Assembly (NCBI GenBank): GCA_963662285.2
Contig: CAXXMV010000006.1
Location: 1,344,001-1,408,000, forward strand
Origin: a bacterium
GTDB taxonomy: Bacteria > Hinthialibacterota > Hinthialibacteria > Hinthialibacterales > Hinthialibacteraceae
Reading direction: 5' to 3'
Length of the DNA stretch: 64,000 bases
Part shown: positions 60,111 to 64,000 of the stretch, one piece after another
Numbering within the stretch: position 1 is the first letter of the stretch
Layout of the letters: the number at the start of each line of letters is the position of its first letter
The notes under the pieces: generated by a model
Told to the model about the DNA's origin: nothing
The model's database searches: none
Seen by the model: only the letters and a program-made list of their open reading frames with translations
Translations under genes and position numbers: made by a program

Positions 60111-60743
60111 ATGGCTGTTTCTGCGCCAAACCCAGCTGGAGAAGATCAAATTCACGAAATCCAGAAATCTACTGACCGGACTCAATCGGATCACGAACTT
60201 CTGGAGCGTTCGATGAATTGCGACCGGACGGCGTTTAGTGAATTAGCCAAACGGTATTTTCATATCGTTTATGCGACAGCTCTATCGATTCTTAATTCTC
60301 CAGAAGAAGCTGAAGACGCCTGTCAGGATGGATTGATCAAAGCGTTTCGATATATTAAAACGATCAGAGATCCCGATAAATTTGGTTTTTGGTTGCGGAG
60401 CATCGTCCGTCAGGAAAGTTGTTCACGTTTAAAGAAAAAGTCCAGAACGCTTACTTTATTGAAAAAGATTAGTACGGAAAATCAATCGGATGCAGTACTT
60501 ATTCATTCTGATAAGCAACGCCGATTGTATCATAAACAATTATTGCATCATGCGGTTGAACACTTATCAGAGAAAGCCAGGGAAATCGTCTTGTTGCACT
60601 ATATGAGCGGTTTAAGTTGTGAAGAAATTGCCGTTCAAGTCGGTTCACGTCCAGGTACAATCAAGAGTCATTTATTCAAATCGCGTCAGAAGATGCTCGG
60701 TTATTTGTCTGAAATCGGAGTACACTCCATTGAAGATATTTAA
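60111..60743 (+). CDS. ECF RNA polymerase sigma factor
   Basis: D..AFSEL..RY...VY..A...L....EAEDACQD...F..WL.SI; L....REIV.LHY..GLS.EEIA...G...GTIKSHL. Confidence 0.93.
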   Translation: MAVSAPNPAGEDQIHEIQKSTDRTQSDHELLERSMNCDRTAFSELAKRYFHIVYATALSILNSPEEAEDACQDGLIKAFRYIKTIRDPDKFGFWLRSIVRQESCSRLKKKSRTLTLLKKISTENQSDAVLIHSDKQRRLYHKQLLHHAVEHLSEKAREIVLLHYMSGLSCEEIAVQVGSRPGTIKSHLFKSRQKMLGYLSEIGVHSIEDI

Positions 60744-60794
60744 GATAGAAAAAGTAAGATGGGAATTTATTTCCCTCTTAAGTTTGAGGTTATC

Positions 60795-61619
60795 ATGAAT
60801 AGGATACCGGATACAAACGTAGAGAAGGAAGACGTATTATTACGCGAGTTAGGCAAATCCGTCTTTCCCGATCAGGAACGTTTTCAAAAGAATCTTTTTA
60901 CCCGGCTGGAAATCGAACATATCAGGCATTCTTTAGAAGAAGACCAGGTCGTTGCCTGGCGCAGAAAGCCCTGGTTCCGGTTTGCTTATGCCGCGGTCTT
61001 TCTAGTAATGGTGATGTTATCAGGAACGTACTGGTATTATTCTTCTACAAAAGCCATTGCAACCGTAGCGGTTGCATTGGGGGATATAACGACATCCAGC
61101 GCATCTTCACAGGATAAATCTATTTATCCTGGAGATATCGTTCAAAGTGATACTGCCAGTCAAGCCAGTTTGTTGTTATCTGACCGATCTCTAATCCGGC
61201 TCGACGAGCAATCGTCCCTGAAAATGATCGAACGGCGCAAAATCAAACTCCTGGAAGGACGTTTGTTCGCCGAAATCGCCCGGACGCCCCAAATCGATCA
61301 ATTCCAGATTGATACCAAAAACATATCCATCATCGTCTTGGGAACCTCTTTTGAGGTAGACGCACAAGAAGAACAAAACACCGTAACGGTTTATCAAGGC
61401 TCGGTGCGCGTGGAATGGTCAGGTCAATCAAAAACTTTAACTAAAGGTGATTCCTTATCAATTTCAACGAATAACCAAAGTTCTCAAAGCCATACAGTAA
61501 AAACTGATATTCCGGTCTGGTTGATGAAATTACGTCAGGCTGAATCGAACAACCCTATTATCCAAGAGATGCAGAAGCATTTCCCCAGCCGTTCGTTGAA
61601 TATCAAGAAAAGTCCATGA
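60795..61619 (+). CDS. FecR-domain anti-sigma factor
   Basis: Single TM followed by A.L.L.D.S.I.L...S.L......L.EG..F......F.I.T....I.VLGTSFEV......V.V..GSV.V. Confidence 0.88.
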   Translation: MNRIPDTNVEKEDVLLRELGKSVFPDQERFQKNLFTRLEIEHIRHSLEEDQVVAWRRKPWFRFAYAAVFLVMVMLSGTYWYYSSTKAIATVAVALGDITTSSASSQDKSIYPGDIVQSDTASQASLLLSDRSLIRLDEQSSLKMIERRKIKLLEGRLFAEIARTPQIDQFQIDTKNISIIVLGTSFEVDAQEEQNTVTVYQGSVRVEWSGQSKTLTKGDSLSISTNNQSSQSHTVKTDIPVWLMKLRQAESNNPIIQEMQKHFPSRSLNIKKSP

Positions 61620-63241
61620 TGAAATCTTTTTTTTTTACCATATTTATATTGTTATTCATGGAATCTGCTTTTAGTGATAATCCAGTTCCAATGGATGGCT
61701 TTACTGTTCATTCTCTTGATCCCACGGTGAATCTATTGAGCGGAATGGTTTGGACTTCCGATGGATTAGTGGTTTGCGACCGCAGTGCGGGGACGCTTCT
61801 GCTCATTCATAACGACCAGTCCACTGAGGTCATTATCGACCAATTGGATACTCCTGTAGATGTGATGGAATACCAGAATCAATGGCTCATTCTTCAAGAA
61901 ATTGAAGGTTCGTTAATTGCCGTCGATAAGGAAACATTACACCGAAGAACCATAGCCGGAGAATTCATTCATCCCACTGCATTTACTATCGATGATAATA
62001 ATACGGCTTATATCACAGAATTTGAGACAGGTTTTCTATTTAAGATTGATCTTGAATCAGGAGAGACTGAACGAATTCCTGTGATGTTCGACCGACCGGC
62101 GGATGTTCTCTTTGTAAAGCCTGATTTGCTGTATATTGCTGATCAGGTAGGAGCGGATCTTCAAGCGGGAACTGTGGTAACAATAAATAGAAGCGGAAAA
62201 CTTTTACGCTTCGAGACAGATATTATCGATCCTACAGGACTCGCCTTATCGCATTCTGGAGAAATATATGTTTCAACCTTCTCGATACGTGATTCATCTT
62301 CTGGCAATCGCATGCAATCGTTCAACGGTGGAGTGGTATGTTTAAGCGATCATCATATATCCACCGAAATCGTCTCCGGTCTATTAGGGCCGACCAGTAT
62401 TCTTTTTGATGATGAAGGTAATTTGATCGTTCTTGAAGAACCCACGGATTCTATTTACCGATTCTCCTCTTCAGGAGAACGGACGCCGATTCTGGAAGGA
62501 TTCGCACCAGTCATGCAGGCGGCTCGCAACAACAATGGCGATATTTATGCTATAGAAAATACTCCTTTGCATCAAATAAAGATTCGTAAACAAGATGGTT
62601 TTATTTCGAGTTGGGGGCATTCATTTATTAAAATGTGGGATCGAGTGAAGATGGCTGTTGATGGACCGGGCTATGTATATATTTCCGAACCGATGTTTTC
62701 CCGCATACTTGTTTACGATCAAACGGGAAATCAGGTTCATGCATTTGACAATATATTCCCGTTTTATATGATGGGCATACCTACTGGCGGGATTTTTGTC
62801 TTCACTCTGAGAGGTAACTCATTCGCTCTTTCCCTGTTAAAAGCAGAGGAAAGCATCATAAATATTCCTATTGAACTCGACAACATGTTCACAACCGGTT
62901 TTGCCAGATCAGATGACCAACTGGTTTTATGTTTTGCCAATGGAGAAATACAGGAATTCTCGCTTGGAACTAACCAGAAAAAAAGAATCAACCCAGGTCA
63001 TAAAAGAGTTACCTATCTTTCATCCGCTCCAGACAAAAACAACGAAAATGCATTCTGGTTATTGGATTCCAATTATAATATTCTATTCTGGGACGGCAAC
63101 GAACTGATTCCTGCCGCACAGGCAACTGAACCGGGCATACTCCTCGCTGCTTCCAATGGCGTTTTATTCATAGGAAATTCCGGCAAACGTTTCCCTATCC
63201 AACCTGAAACCTCAGCAATTTCAGGTTGGAATTTATATTAG
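61616..63241 (+). CDS. secreted NHL/SMP-30-like beta-propeller protein with W-x-x-Y tag
   Basis: Signal peptide and repeats such as HPTAFTIDDNNTAYITE, DPTGLAL..SGEIYVS, GPTSILFDDEGNLIV. 4-nt overlap with the FecR gene. Ends ETSAISGWNLY*. Confidence 0.75.
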   Translation: MMKSFFFTIFILLFMESAFSDNPVPMDGFTVHSLDPTVNLLSGMVWTSDGLVVCDRSAGTLLLIHNDQSTEVIIDQLDTPVDVMEYQNQWLILQEIEGSLIAVDKETLHRRTIAGEFIHPTAFTIDDNNTAYITEFETGFLFKIDLESGETERIPVMFDRPADVLFVKPDLLYIADQVGADLQAGTVVTINRSGKLLRFETDIIDPTGLALSHSGEIYVSTFSIRDSSSGNRMQSFNGGVVCLSDHHISTEIVSGLLGPTSILFDDEGNLIVLEEPTDSIYRFSSSGERTPILEGFAPVMQAARNNNGDIYAIENTPLHQIKIRKQDGFISSWGHSFIKMWDRVKMAVDGPGYVYISEPMFSRILVYDQTGNQVHAFDNIFPFYMMGIPTGGIFVFTLRGNSFALSLLKAEESIINIPIELDNMFTTGFARSDDQLVLCFANGEIQEFSLGTNQKKRINPGHKRVTYLSSAPDKNNENAFWLLDSNYNILFWDGNELIPAAQATEPGILLAASNGVLFIGNSGKRFPIQPETSAISGWNLY

Positions 63242-63288
63242 AGGATTTGTTTATTATCAGGATTTTTTTATTCAACTAAACCGAATAT

Positions 63289-64000
63289 CTAAAGATCGGG
63301 CAGGGGATCGTCCAGACGCATGGATAGCGCGATGCGCTTTCGTTGTATATCGATTTTGATCACTTTAACCTGTACCACATCGCCGGTTTTGATAATGCTG
63401 CGGGGGTCTTTGACGAATTTATTGGCCATGGCCGAAATATGCACCAAGCCATCCTGGTGAACACCGATATCGACGAACGCGCCAAAATTAGTGACATTAG
63501 TTGCTACGCCTTCCAGGATCATGCCGGGCTGCAAATCTTTAATCTCTTCAACTCCGTCTTGAAAAGAGGCGGTTTTGAATTCTGGACGGGGATCGCGGCC
63601 GGGCTTCTCCAACTCAGCCATAATGTCTTTCACCGTTGGCAATCCATACTTGTCGTCCACAAATTTTTCCGGAGATAGCGATTGAATGAAACTGCAATCT
63701 CCAATAAGGGATTTGATTTCGCGTTGCGTTTCTTTGAGAATACGCTCCACCACCGGGTAGGCTTCCGGATGGACGGCGGAACGGTCGAGTGGATTGGCGC
63801 CATTCATGATGCGTAAAAAGCCAGCCGCTTGCTCGAACTTTTTAGGTCCCAGGCGCGGAACTTTCAGAAATTCTTTACGGTTATTGAAAGGCCCGTTCTC
63901 ATCCCGGTGGCTTACTATGCTTTGAGCCAGTCCCTCATTCAAACCTGCGACTCTCGACAAGAGAGACGCCGAGGCTGTATTGACGTCCACGCCAACTGCA
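63289..64000 (-). CDS. tex: Tex/YhgF transcription accessory protein, 3' part (5' outside window)
   Basis: [10 protein letters not shown], HhH '[18 protein letters not shown]', [16 protein letters not shown]1 domain [18 protein letters not shown]. Confidence 0.95.
   Translation of the reverse strand, partial: AVGVDVNTASASLLSRVAGLNEGLAQSIVSHRDENGPFNNRKEFLKVPRLGPKKFEQAAGFLRIMNGANPLDRSAVHPEAYPVVERILKETQREIKSLIGDCSFIQSLSPEKFVDDKYGLPTVKDIMAELEKPGRDPRPEFKTASFQDGVEEIKDLQPGMILEGVATNVTNFGAFVDIGVHQDGLVHISAMANKFVKDPRSIIKTGDVVQVKVIKIDIQRKRIALSMRLDDPLPDL

Noticed and set aside
182-63678. Numerous 60-160-aa ORFs overlapping long genes
   Set aside because: Shadow or antisense frames of well-supported CDSs with no independent motifs.

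Overview
This is a 64-kb stretch of a diderm bacterial chromosome (about 40-50% GC coding, AT-rich intergenic DNA). The gene content resembles Sumerlaeota/Hinthialibacterota-like (BRC1/OLB16) lineages, but that placement is inference only. Housekeeping genes (ftsY, trpE/trpG, tex, two hsp20, a GDH homolog) are interspersed with many exported proteins, two tandem multiheme cytochrome c/cytochrome b fusions (19 and 15 CxxCH), four Tat-exported Gfo/Idh/MocA oxidoreductases, a BlaI/BlaR1-like pair with its operator, a type II toxin-antitoxin pair and a 342-bp MITE. The most notable pattern has two parts. First, six otherwise unrelated proteins end in the same short tag, [STM]-x-[VIL]-x-x-W-x-x-[YF]-COOH. 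Second, four type IV pilin/pseudopilin-like genes sit beside or near tagged genes. One pilin-plus-tag cassette lies directly under a cobalamin riboswitch and encodes a tandem DUF4430-like protein and a 7-blade propeller, with no btuB. Another is linked to an ECF sigma/FecR pair with no TonB-dependent receptor. I infer a possibly undescribed pilin-dependent surface-display or nutrient-capture system. No rRNA, tRNA or CRISPR array was recognised.
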